NCBI GenBank assembly: GCA_963705255.1
Contig: OY970061.1
Location: 1,088,001 to 1,152,000, forward strand
Reading direction: 5' to 3'
Length of the DNA: 64,000 nucleotides
DNA from: an uncultured Methanoregulaceae archaeon
Lineage (GTDB): Archaea > Halobacteriota > Methanomicrobia > Methanomicrobiales > Methanospirillaceae
Made by a program: the position numbers and the translations under genes
In this document: piece after piece, positions 27,905-37,720 of the stretch
How the letters are laid out: the number at the start of each line of letters is the position of its first letter
How positions within the stretch are numbered: the first letter of the stretch is position 1
The notes under the pieces: generated by a model
The model's input: only the letters and a program-made list of their open reading frames with translations
Told to the model about the DNA's origin: nothing
Database searches by the model: none

Positions 27905-29339
27905 TCACTGTTCCACGATCGCATGCCCGTTCTTGTCGCCGCGCCCGATCCCCTTGTACACGAACCCCTCCCTGATGAAGGCATCGGGGTCGACCATGTT
28001 GCGCCCGTCCACGATGATCGGGTGCTTCCTGCCGGAGAGTTTTTTGATGATGGCAGGATCGAGGTTGCGGTACTGGGTGTGCCCGGCGAAGATGACAACC
28101 GCATCGGTGTCCTTCACGGACTTTTCGATATCCGCGACGAGAGGCACTCCCGGGTATTCGCAGACATACGCATCGTGGACTACCACATGGCATCCTTCAC
28201 CCAGCAGCAGTTCGCGGTACGGTTCCGAAGGAGTGTTGCGGGTGTCGTCCGAGTTCGAGAGGAACGCCCAGCCGAGGATCGACACTTTTGACCCGAGCGG
28301 GTCCAGGCCGATCCGTTTCATCGCGTCCATCGTCAGCCGGAACATGTGCCGGGGCATGAAGTCGTTGATGCGGCGGGCGAGGACATAGAGCGAGGGTTCG
28401 TGTTCCGGGTAGTCGAGCGTCCCTTTCCCGAGGACCTGGACGCCGCGTTCGAGATGGTAGGTGTCCTTGGTCAGGCAGTGGCCGCCGACACCGGCACCGG
28501 GCCAGAGCATGGCGCGGGTTATCCCCTCGCCTTTCAGGCTGTCGATACCGGCCCGCACGTCGTAGACATTGATCCCCATGGCCTCGCAGTAGAGGGCAAG
28601 CTCGTTGATCGCCGCGATCTGGAGGTCCCGGAACGTGTTCTCCGCGGTCTTGGTGACCTCTGCCGCGGTGGCCGTCATGGGGATAACCTTACCGGTTGTC
28701 AGGACCGGTGCATAGAGTTCCGCAGCCCTCCGGGTGCTCACTTCGTCAATCCCGCCGACGATGCGGTCGTGTTCCCGGATATTGCGCAGCAACCTCCCCG
28801 GCCATCACCCGCTCCGGCGCATGGGCGAGCGCAAAACCGGCGCCTGCCACGAGGCCGGACTCCTTCTCGAGGATCTCACGAGCGACTCCGTTCGTTGTCC
28901 CCGGTGTGATGGTCGATTCGAGCACGACCAGCATGCCGGGCTGCAGGTAACGGCCCACATTTCGTATCCCTTCAAACAGGGCAGAAAAGTCAGGAAGCAG
29001 GTCGTCCTTGTCCAGGAACGGCGTCTGTATCGAGACCGTGACCGCGTCGAGCCCGGCAATCAGGGAGAAGTCTGACGTGCACCGGAATTTTTTTGCCCTG
29101 ACCACGTCTTCCAGCAGTTCCCCGAGCCCCGGCTCCTCGCCTTTGAGCGGGCTCTCCCCGCGGTTGAGCATCGCGATCTTGTACCCCGAGGACGGCGAGT
29201 CCCGCTGGAAACCGTAGACCAGCTCGAACTTTGGAGAGGCCGCAAACAGCGCCGCTGCAGGGATGCCGACATATCCCATGCCGAGCACACCGATCTTTTT
29301 GATCGGCCCGCGTTTTGCCAGGAGATCCTGTAAGCTCAC
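27905..29339 (-). CDS. UDP-N-acetylhexosamine 6-dehydrogenase (WbpA/WecC family), frameshifted at ~28797
   Basis: GMGYVG, ESTITPGTT, APERVM | RLLRN, KTAENTFRD, GVGGHCLTKD, DGRN. Confidence 0.9.
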
Positions 29340-29360
29340 AGCGTTCCTGCCTCCCTTCCT

Positions 29361-30266
29361 CTAGAGACCTGCCTGGATCTGCTCGCAGAGGCGCAGGTTC
29401 CTTATGGCCTGTTCCGGGGTGATCGGGAACGGGCGGCGGTTTTCCACGCACTCGATGAACATACTGAGCTCGCGTTTCAGCGGTTCGAGCTTGTTCACCA
29501 TCACCTTCTCGATGATGTTCTCCTGCACGTAGCGCTCCGCCTCGAACTGGTACCGCCCCGGCTTTCGGTAAATGGTCACTTCCTGCGTCATGAAGTCCCC
29601 CTCGATGGTGAACTCTTCCTCCTCCACATAGATCATCCGGATCTTCTTGGACGATTTCCGGCTCGCGGAGAGCACGGCAGGCAGGGTCCCGCACTTCATC
29701 AGGACACTGCATACGTCAGCATTGCCGGCACTGTGGATGTCAGAAGGCGTGTTGCAGAAGAGCGTGAGCAGGATATCGATGTCATGGATCATCAGGTCCT
29801 CGACCACGGTGCTGCCGGTGACCCGGGCGGAGGCAGGGTTGTGCCGCTTCATCTCGAAATAGAGGGGTTTCTTGACGATCTTCCGGATCTCTTCCACGAC
29901 CGGGTTGAACCGCTCGATATGCCCCACCCCGACGGTTATGCCTTCCGGGGCAGCCAGCATCATCCTGACCGCTTCGTCTGCAGTCGCGCAGATCGGCTTC
30001 TCGATCAGCACGGATCTTTTTGCGGAGAAGACCTGTCCCACGATTGCCGCATGGAACGGTGTCGGGACACAGACACTCACGGCATCGGCATGGTCGAGCA
30101 GTGCGGCAACCGTGTCGTACACGACGGCCCCATGCTTCCCGCCGATCTCCTTTGCTGCCGGGCCGTTCACGTCATAGACGCCCACGGTGTCCACGCTCTT
30201 CATCTCGGAGTAGACGCGGACATGATTCCTTCCCATCGACCCCACACCGATAACACCGACGTCCAT
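29361..30266 (-). CDS. Gfo/Idh/MocA oxidoreductase (WbpB-like)
   Basis: GVGSMGRNH, LIEKPI, VGHIERFNP, DLMIHDID. Confidence 0.9.
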   Translation of the reverse strand: MDVGVIGVGSMGRNHVRVYSEMKSVDTVGVYDVNGPAAKEIGGKHGAVVYDTVAALLDHADAVSVCVPTPFHAAIVGQVFSAKRSVLIEKPICATADEAVRMMLAAPEGITVGVGHIERFNPVVEEIRKIVKKPLYFEMKRHNPASARVTGSTVVEDLMIHDIDILLTLFCNTPSDIHSAGNADVCSVLMKCGTLPAVLSASRKSSKKIRMIYVEEEEFTIEGDFMTQEVTIYRKPGRYQFEAERYVQENIIEKVMVNKLEPLKRELSMFIECVENRRPFPITPEQAIRNLRLCEQIQAGL

Positions 30267-30267
30267 C

Positions 30268-31362
30268 TCAGGTCACCTTGTTGATGGTATCGCAGATATA
30301 GGCGAGTTCTTTCTGGTCGAGCAGGGGGTGGACCGGCAGGCTGAGCACCGAAGAGGCGAGGCTGGTCGAGACCGGGCAGGGGTCCGGGTCGTTCTCCAGC
30401 CCGAAGAGGGGCTGGCGATGGATCGGGATCGGATAATGGACGGCAGAACCGATCCCCTTTACCTTCAGGTAGTCGGCGAACTCCGCCCGTTTCATGGGGA
30501 ACTCGTCGGTGAGCCGGACCACGTACTGGTGGTAGACGTGGTGCGCATACGAGGCTGCCAGGGGCCTGACGAGTCCTTTTGCGTTCAGGTTCGCGTTGAG
30601 ATAGTCCGCGTTCTTCCTGCGGCGGAGGTTGAACTTGTCCAGTTTCTTCAGTTGCGTTATCCCGAGGGCCGCGGCCATCTCGGTCATGCGGTAGTTGTAC
30701 CCGAGCCTCGTGTGGAGGTACTTCTCGCTCTGGCCGTGGTTGATGATCAGGCGCAGCCGTTCGGCATAGGCTTTCTCGCCCGTGGTGACCATCCCGCCTT
30801 CCCCGGTGCTCATGTTCTTGGTGGCGTAGAACGAGAAGCAGCCGAAGTGGCCGAACCCCCCCGTCTTCTGGCCGTTGTACAGGGCGCCGTGGGCCTGCGC
30901 CGCATCCTCGACCAGTTTCAGGTTGTGGGCCTCGCAGACCTTCTGGACGGCTCCAACATCGAAGGGCTGGCCGAAGAGGTGGACGCCGATGACGGCCCGG
31001 GTCTTCGGCGTCACGCGTTCCCCGATCTGGGCGGGGTTGATGGTGAACGTCTCCTCGTCCACGTCGACAAAGACGGGTTTTGCGCCGCACATGGAGACGG
31101 CAGTCGCCGTGGCGATGAACGAGAACGCGGGGACCAGCACCTCGTCCCCGCTGCCGATGTCTGCGGCCAGGAGCGCGGCATGGAGGGCCGCCGTGCCGTT
31201 ATTGACCGCGACCGCGTGGGTGGTACCGCAGTAATCACCAAATTTTTTCTCGAACTCTGCCACCTTCTCGCCGGAAGCGAGCATGCCGGACTCTAAGACC
31301 GCAGTCACCGCTGAAATTTCATCCTGGCCGATCACCGGCCGGGCAATAGGAATATGGTCCAA
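30268..31362 (-). CDS. DegT/DnrJ/EryC1/StrS aminotransferase (WbpE-like)
   Basis: EDAAQAHGA, SFYATKNMSTGEGG, GYNYRM, SLPVHP. Confidence 0.93.
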   Translation of the reverse strand: MDHIPIARPVIGQDEISAVTAVLESGMLASGEKVAEFEKKFGDYCGTTHAVAVNNGTAALHAALLAADIGSGDEVLVPAFSFIATATAVSMCGAKPVFVDVDEETFTINPAQIGERVTPKTRAVIGVHLFGQPFDVGAVQKVCEAHNLKLVEDAAQAHGALYNGQKTGGFGHFGCFSFYATKNMSTGEGGMVTTGEKAYAERLRLIINHGQSEKYLHTRLGYNYRMTEMAAALGITQLKKLDKFNLRRRKNADYLNANLNAKGLVRPLAASYAHHVYHQYVVRLTDEFPMKRAEFADYLKVKGIGSAVHYPIPIHRQPLFGLENDPDPCPVSTSLASSVLSLPVHPLLDQKELAYICDTINKVT

Positions 31363-31544
31363 ACCCTTCCCCCTAACCTGTATATGTTCATAAACGTTCG
31401 TAATGATCCAATAATATCATTCCTGCCGGGATCACCGGTGCCGGGCCGGAGGTCCGGGTATGACAGGTAATTACCGTGCGACTCCGGGAAAGATAGGTAA
31501 TTAGGGCAGGAAAGAGATATGATCGTACACACGAGTCGGGAGGG

Positions 31545-32447
31545 GTGGCAACGCGGCATATCATATCCATCGGGGACTTCGACCGGGACGGGATCGACCA
31601 GTTACTGGATCACGCGGAACAGATCGACAATAAAAACTACGAGGAGGATGCTCTCGGCGGCAGGATCCTTGCCGTGCTCTTCTTCGAGCCCAGCACCCGG
31701 ACGCGGATGTCGTTCGAGTCCGCCATGGCACGGCTCGGCGGGACCTCGCTCTCCGTGGGGAGCGTGGACGCCTGCTCGATGGCGAAGGGCGAGACCCTCG
31801 CGGACACGATCCGGGTGGTGAGCGGGTACGCGGACGCAATCGTCATCCGCCACCCGAAAGAGGGGGCGGCCCGGCTCGCGGCCGAGTTCTCGACCGTGCC
31901 GGTCATCAATGCCGGCGACGGGGCAGGCCAGCATCCCTCCCAGACCCTGCTCGACCTCTACACGATCCGCCAGTCGATGCCGATCGACGGGATCGATGTG
32001 GCGCTCATCGGGGACCTGAGGTACGGGAGGACGGCGCACTCCCTCGCCTCGGCCCTCTCGTTCTACAACGCACGCCTCCACACCATCTCCCCGAACGGCC
32101 TCGAGCTGCCGGCGAACCTGGTCGCGGAACTCCGGGAGAAAGGGATGGAGATCACCGAACACGACGACATCCGGGAGATCATCGGGCTCGTGGACGTCCT
32201 CTACGTCACCCGGATCCAGCGCGAGCGGTTCCCGGACTCCGCGTCCTACTTCAACGTGGCCACGAGTTACCGGATCACCCCGGAACTCCTTGCAGACGCG
32301 AGAAAACATCTCATAGTCCTCCACCCCCTTCCCCGGGTCGACGAGATCGACCCGAGGGTCGACGACTCCCCCCATGCCCGGTACTTCGAGCAGTCGAAGA
32401 ACGGCGTTCCCGTGCGGATGGCGATGCTCATGAGGGTGCTGCAATGA
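31545..32447 (+). CDS. pyrB: Aspartate carbamoyltransferase catalytic subunit
   Basis: FFEPSTRTRMSF, HPSQTLLD, HPLPRVDEI. Confidence 0.97.
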   Translation: MATRHIISIGDFDRDGIDQLLDHAEQIDNKNYEEDALGGRILAVLFFEPSTRTRMSFESAMARLGGTSLSVGSVDACSMAKGETLADTIRVVSGYADAIVIRHPKEGAARLAAEFSTVPVINAGDGAGQHPSQTLLDLYTIRQSMPIDGIDVALIGDLRYGRTAHSLASALSFYNARLHTISPNGLELPANLVAELREKGMEITEHDDIREIIGLVDVLYVTRIQRERFPDSASYFNVATSYRITPELLADARKHLIVLHPLPRVDEIDPRVDDSPHARYFEQSKNGVPVRMAMLMRVLQ

Positions 32448-32917
32448 AAAATGCCGATTCTGCAGACAACGAGGGGCTCCTCGTGCGGCGGATCAAGAAC
32501 GGGACGGTGATCGACCATATCGACGGGGGCGAGGCGCTCAACGTCGTCAAGATCCTCGGCATCACCGGGACCACGCAGGAAGCGCTCTCGATCGCCACCA
32601 ACGTCCAGAGCAGGCATATGGGGCGCAAGGACATCGTCAAGCTCACCAACCGCGAGCTCTCGAAGGAGGAGGTGGACCGCATCGCCCTCATCTCGCCCCG
32701 GGCTACCATCAACATCATCCGGAACTTCAGGGTCTTCGAGAAGAAGGGCGTCGAGATCCCGACCCTGATCGAAGGCATCGTCCGCTGCCCGAACCCCGGC
32801 TGCATCTCCAACACCAACGAGCCGATCACGAGCAAGTTCGACGTCCTCCCAAAAGGGCTCCACTGCCGCTACTGCGACTGGGTCATCACCAAGGACCTGA
32901 CGAGCCATATTCTGTGA
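32444..32917 (+). CDS. pyrI: Aspartate carbamoyltransferase regulatory subunit
   Basis: IKNGTVIDHI, CPNPGCISN, CRYC. Confidence 0.97.
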   Translation: MKNADSADNEGLLVRRIKNGTVIDHIDGGEALNVVKILGITGTTQEALSIATNVQSRHMGRKDIVKLTNRELSKEEVDRIALISPRATINIIRNFRVFEKKGVEIPTLIEGIVRCPNPGCISNTNEPITSKFDVLPKGLHCRYCDWVITKDLTSHIL

Positions 32918-33103
32918 TCGAACGCATGGCAAGAACGAGGGCTTGCTTCCTTATTGGATTTTTTAAAAAACTCAAAGTAAAAGTCACAAAATTTTGTCTT
33001 TTTTACATCAGCGTCAGAAAGAGCGCATATCAATGTTACTTTTCATTTTTAAGAAAGTCCAAGTCTCGCTAGGGCGTACCACTTTTCAAGTCCTAATCTC
33101 TTC

Positions 33104-34061
33104 TCAAGTGTTTTTCATTTCAGGAATCCTGTGTTTAATTCGCGCCACCTCAGCGATTATAAGATACATTTGGATAATCGTTAGGCGCGCCTCCTCTTTA
33201 GTAACATTATCATGAACGCCCTTTTGGGATTCATTATTCAATGCGTCCAATCTCAGCTCTCAAATGTTCAAGATCAGTGGTGATTAAAGACGAGTATGTT
33301 TTTTGTGTTGTATTTTGTTCAATAAAGGCAAGGATACGGTTGATGTAATTATTTGGCCCTACATCTCGTTGTTTTCCATTCACACTAATATATGGTGTTT
33401 TTTGAGCTGGAAAAATCGAATCAGCAACCGATTCGAGAATTCGACGACACGACAGTAGTGCTTGGGAATATGCTTCTTGATTATTCTCCTTTAGTCTGTC
33501 ATTAATAGCCAGTAATTTTTCCGTTGTATCCTTTGAACAAGTTTCATTGATGAAATTATCTACCGTAATTCTTGCTTCTTGAAAAATATCATTTGCAATA
33601 TCCCCAATTGAGAGAGAGATGAAAACACCTGTAACATAATTATGCAATGCGGACTTTTCTAGTTGATAATAATGTATTACTGAACGAAGTAAACTCGATG
33701 CTGCAATAAATTCATTACCAGTTTTATCTGTATGAATAAAAGAGTTAATTGAAAAATCGTTCTTAAAAGATTCAACGAACGGTAGGGAACACGAATATTG
33801 TTTCTTTTCATTTTCGGCAAAGGTGTAAGTGTAACTGTAATACTTTTCGTATTTACCTAATTGTTTTTTATCAAATTTTATAGGATAACCATTTAGTAAA
33901 TAGTAAAGCCATATTTGAGCATCAGTATCATGCAATATTCGGGCCAATCTCGTTGTTTTGAATAATACCTGTGAAATGGGAAGATTATTGATTTCTATGT
34001 CATCAAGAATTTCTTTGGCTAATTGTTTTGCTTGCGCAGTGGTTGATAAATTATTAGTCAT
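33104..34061 (-). CDS. AT-rich AbiTii-like protein with a HEPN-like C-terminus; frameshift at ~33255
   Basis: N-terminal LAKEILDDIE..PISQVLFK..RLA..L.D...WL..L.GY (AbiTii-type), ALLSCRRILESVAD, NYINRILAFI; the shifted frame continues RLDALNNESQKGVHDNVTKEEARLTIIQMYLII to a stop at 33104. Confidence 0.7.
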
Positions 34062-34174
34062 TTAAAAAGTCCTATCAATTAAAAGAAGATAATTCTTTCT
34101 TCATGGTAATTAGAATGTTGAAAATCTTAATTACAAGTCTTTCTCATTTATTAAAACCGGCTTTTTAAAGAAAC

Positions 34175-34310
34175 TCCCCCCATCCCCCCCTTCCCCGGGA
34201 ACGGGTGGCACCGCAACACCCGTTTGACGTGCGGGGGGTTCCATTTTCTCCCCCGCCCGACCGACTGACTGCCGGTGGCGGCAGTCGGGAGGGGAGGGGG
34301 CCGGGGGGGC
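34175..34310. repeat. GC-rich multi-hairpin intergenic element
   Basis: C-rich and G-rich outer arms enclose the hairpins aacgggtg/cacccgtt, gcggggg/cccccgc and gactgccg/cggcagtc. Confidence 0.6.
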
Positions 34311-34385
34311 GTCCCTCTCGCTGAAGACACTTCTATAACGAGAAAAGACAGAAGTCCTGCAAACAGGATGACCCCTGCGGTTTGT

Positions 34386-34856
34386 TCATTTCAGCACATG
34401 CCCGTGCACGTCGATCTCCCCCCGGTAGATGCGGGTGCTCGAGATCCAGCGCCCGTCGTCTGCCAGCACGCAGCTGATCTGGTGGATGTCCACTTTCTTC
34501 CTCCCGTTCTCGCGCCGGTGCCGGTTGATCTCGACCGCGACCGGGAGGGTCTCCTCGGAGACGACGATGGCGTCGAAATCGGCATCGATGGCAGAACCGA
34601 ACCGGTCGTTCAGGGGCTCAATTGTCCAGGGAGCCGCAAATTTTTTCTTGCGAATGTTTTCGCGTATGAACTCCTCGAGTTCTGATTTCCGGGTGGCAAA
34701 CGGGCGGATGGGATGTACTTTGCCGCTCGCAAAGGAGTCCGTAGTCAGGCCGATGACAACCCTGCCGGAGGGCCCGGCGATCTCGAAGGACCGCCCGAGA
34801 AGGCTCTTGTGCCCGTCATGAAGGGGGTCGAAGGTGCCCCCTACCATAACCTTCAT
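34386..34856 (-). CDS. coaD: Phosphopantetheine adenylyltransferase (archaeal type)
   Basis: GGTFDPLHDGH, IVVSEET, ISSTRI. Confidence 0.93.
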   Translation of the reverse strand: MKVMVGGTFDPLHDGHKSLLGRSFEIAGPSGRVVIGLTTDSFASGKVHPIRPFATRKSELEEFIRENIRKKKFAAPWTIEPLNDRFGSAIDADFDAIVVSEETLPVAVEINRHRRENGRKKVDIHQISCVLADDGRWISSTRIYRGEIDVHGHVLK

Positions 34857-34892
34857 ACTCTTTGGTTCTTAATTTCCTATGTTATTATGCAT

Positions 34893-35384
34893 ATGGATGC
34901 AAAGGTCTCCGGCGAGCCGTTGTTCAGGGCGGGCAATGCGACCGTGATCGGCGACGTCACGCTCGGCAGCCAGGTGGGGATCTGGTTCGGGGCGGTCGTC
35001 CGGGCGGACAAGGACCGGATCGTGATAGGGAACCGTTCGAACATCCAGGACAACTGCGTGGTGCATACGAGCAGAGGCCACCCGGTGCTGATGGGGAGCG
35101 ACGTCTCGGTCGGCCACGGGGCGATCCTCCATGGCTGCACCATCGGCGACCGGGTGCTCGTCGGCATGGGCGCGATCGTCCTCAACGGCGCACGGATCGG
35201 CAGCGGATCGGTGATCGGTGCCGGTGCGGTGGTAACAGAAGGTACGGATGTCCCGGAAGGGTCCGTGGTTGTCGGGGTACCGGGCAAGATCATCAAGAAG
35301 GCAAGCGACGCCCAGCTGCAGCAGATCCTTGCCAATGCCGCTTCCTACATTGAACTTGCTCAGGAGTATGCCCGGCATGGGTGA
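34893..35384 (+). CDS. Gamma carbonic anhydrase family protein
   Basis: Hexapeptide repeats, SNIQDNCVVH, VGHGAILHGC, GVPGK. Confidence 0.92.
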   Translation: MDAKVSGEPLFRAGNATVIGDVTLGSQVGIWFGAVVRADKDRIVIGNRSNIQDNCVVHTSRGHPVLMGSDVSVGHGAILHGCTIGDRVLVGMGAIVLNGARIGSGSVIGAGAVVTEGTDVPEGSVVVGVPGKIIKKASDAQLQQILANAASYIELAQEYARHG

Positions 35385-36657
35385 CGTGGTCGTCATCGGG
35401 GCTGGTATTGCCGGGATCCAGGCAGCGCTCGATATCGCGGGCCACGGCATCCGCGTCCACCTCATCGAGCGGGAGCCCAGCATCGGCGGGCACATGGCGC
35501 AGCTGGACAAGACCTTCCCCACCAATGACTGTTCGATGTGCATCCTCTCGCCCAAGATGGTAGACGTGTCCCGCCACCCGCTCATCACCATCCACACCTG
35601 CACGGACGTGGAGAAGATCGAAGGCGAAGCAGGGCATTTCCGGGTCACGGCAAAGAAACACCCGCGCTATGTCGACGAGTCGTCCTGCACCGGCTGCGGC
35701 GACTGTATCGAGGTCTGTCCGGTGGAGGTCTACAACCGGTTCGATGCCGGGATTGGGGTGCGGAAGGCGATCTACAAGCCCCACCCGCAGGCCGTCCCCG
35801 ACATCGTCATCCGGGACAACGAGCACTGCATCGAGTGCGGGCTCTGCTATGACGTATGCGGCCCGGGCTCGATCCGGCACGAGGAGGACGAGAAGGAGAT
35901 CGTCCTCGACGCGGCAAGTATCGTCCTCACGACCGGCTACACCGTCTTCGACGCCCGGGGCAAGCCCCAACTCGGGCACCTCCTCCTGCCGGACGTCATC
36001 ACGAGCCTCGAACTCGAGCGGATGATCAATGCCGGGGGTCCCACGGGGGGAAAGCTGCTGAAACTGTCCGATGGTCAGGCACCGAAGAGCGTCCTCTTCG
36101 TCCAGTGCGTAGGCTCGCGTGACATGACCGCCGCCCGCCCGTACTGTTCCTGCGTCTGCTGCATGCAGGCCATCAAGAACGCCATCCTGATCCGGGAGAA
36201 GCATGCGGATATTGACGTGACCATCTGCTACATGGACATCCGCTCCTATGGCAAAGGCTACGAGGAGTATTACGAGCGGGCAAAAGCGCTCGGGGTGAAG
36301 TTCCTCCGCGGCATGCCCTCGGACATCCTTGCCGACCGGGACGGGATGGTGGTGCAGGTCGAGAACTCCGAGACCTCTGAACTGCTGGTCCTCCATCCCG
36401 GCCTCGTTGTCCTCTCGGTCGGCATGGGCCCTGCGGAGGATATGGGCCGGCTCGCGGAGCGGTGCGGCCTCGTCCTCGAGGATACGGGATTTGTCAGGCC
36501 GGTCCATGATGCGGTGGACACGGTCGCTACCCTGCGCCCGGGTATTTACGTTGCCGGAACTGCCGCAGCGCCCAAAGACATCCCCGACAGCGTAGCTTCA
36601 GGAGGGTCTGCAGCCATGCGGGCCTACATCGATGCGATCAGGACGCGGACGGCATGA
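35377..36657 (+). CDS. Heterodisulfide reductase subunit A-like flavoprotein (short form)
   Basis: GAGIAG, GGHMAQLDKTFPTNDCSMCI, two ferredoxin motifs, QCVGSRD..YCSCVCC, PKDIPDSV. Confidence 0.9.
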   Translation: MGDVVVIGAGIAGIQAALDIAGHGIRVHLIEREPSIGGHMAQLDKTFPTNDCSMCILSPKMVDVSRHPLITIHTCTDVEKIEGEAGHFRVTAKKHPRYVDESSCTGCGDCIEVCPVEVYNRFDAGIGVRKAIYKPHPQAVPDIVIRDNEHCIECGLCYDVCGPGSIRHEEDEKEIVLDAASIVLTTGYTVFDARGKPQLGHLLLPDVITSLELERMINAGGPTGGKLLKLSDGQAPKSVLFVQCVGSRDMTAARPYCSCVCCMQAIKNAILIREKHADIDVTICYMDIRSYGKGYEEYYERAKALGVKFLRGMPSDILADRDGMVVQVENSETSELLVLHPGLVVLSVGMGPAEDMGRLAERCGLVLEDTGFVRPVHDAVDTVATLRPGIYVAGTAAAPKDIPDSVASGGSAAMRAYIDAIRTRTA

Positions 36658-37697
36658 ACGATTCAGCCACGCTCTGGTGGGACACCCCCGCCGGCTGCAT
36701 CCGCTATATCGAGCAGACGCTCCTCCCGGGCGAGTACCGGATCATCGAGTGCAGGACCATCGGACGGCTGGCGGAGGCGATCCGCAGGCTGGAGATCCGC
36801 GGGGCGCCCGCCCTCGGCGTCGCGGGGGGCTACGGGGTTGCCCTCGCGGCGGCCACCGCGGATGACGGGACCCGTGAGCGGTTCATGGAAGAGGTCGAAA
36901 GGGCAGCCGGGGTCCTCAGGGCTACCCGCCCGACCGCCATCAACCTCGGGTGGGGGATCGACCGGGTGCTCTCGGCGATCTCCCGGGCGCCGGATACCGC
37001 CTCGGCAAAGGAGATCGCCCTCGCCGAAGCAGAGGCGATCGCCCGCGAAGACACCGCCTGCTGCCACGCCATCGGGGAGCACGGCGCCCGCCTCCTCCCG
37101 GACTCCTGCACGGTCCTCACCCATTGCAATGCCGGGGCATTGGCCTGTTCGTCGTGGGGGACGGCACTCGGCGTGATCCGGTCCGCCGTGAACGCGGGAA
37201 AGGACGTGAAGGTCATCGCCTGCGAGACCCGCCCGCTCCTGCAGGGGGCCCGTCTCACCGCGTGGGAACTCGTGCGGGACGGGATCGACGTGACCGTCAT
37301 CACGGACTCCACAGCCGCGTACCTGATGCAGGCGGGTGCGATCGATGCGGTCATCGTCGGGGCGGACCGGATCACCTGCGACGCGGTCTTCAACAAGATC
37401 GGCACCTACATGCACGCGGTCTGCGCCAGGTACCACAACATCCCGTTCTATGTCGCGGCCCCGTACTCCACCTTCGATCCGGAAAATACCGCCCGTGACG
37501 TCACTATCGAGCAGCGGGGCAGGGAAGAGCTGAGCGTGATGGGCAACCGCACCTTTATCCCGCCGGGCGCACAAGTGAAGAACTATGCCTTCGATGCCAC
37601 CCCCATGGAGCTGGTATCGGCAGTGATCACCGAACAGGGTGTCCTCTACCCGCCCATCGATCCCGGGTCAGTGACAGCCCCGAAGCAGAGACTATAA
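36654..37697 (+). CDS. mtnA: Methylthioribose-1-phosphate isomerase
   Basis: IRGAPALG, RPTAINL, THCNAGALA, ETRPLLQGARLTAWEL, NKIGTY, AFDATP. Confidence 0.93.
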   Translation: MNDSATLWWDTPAGCIRYIEQTLLPGEYRIIECRTIGRLAEAIRRLEIRGAPALGVAGGYGVALAAATADDGTRERFMEEVERAAGVLRATRPTAINLGWGIDRVLSAISRAPDTASAKEIALAEAEAIAREDTACCHAIGEHGARLLPDSCTVLTHCNAGALACSSWGTALGVIRSAVNAGKDVKVIACETRPLLQGARLTAWELVRDGIDVTVITDSTAAYLMQAGAIDAVIVGADRITCDAVFNKIGTYMHAVCARYHNIPFYVAAPYSTFDPENTARDVTIEQRGREELSVMGNRTFIPPGAQVKNYAFDATPMELVSAVITEQGVLYPPIDPGSVTAPKQRL

Positions 37698-37720
37698 CCT
37701 GCAGCAGCAGGCCCACGCCA

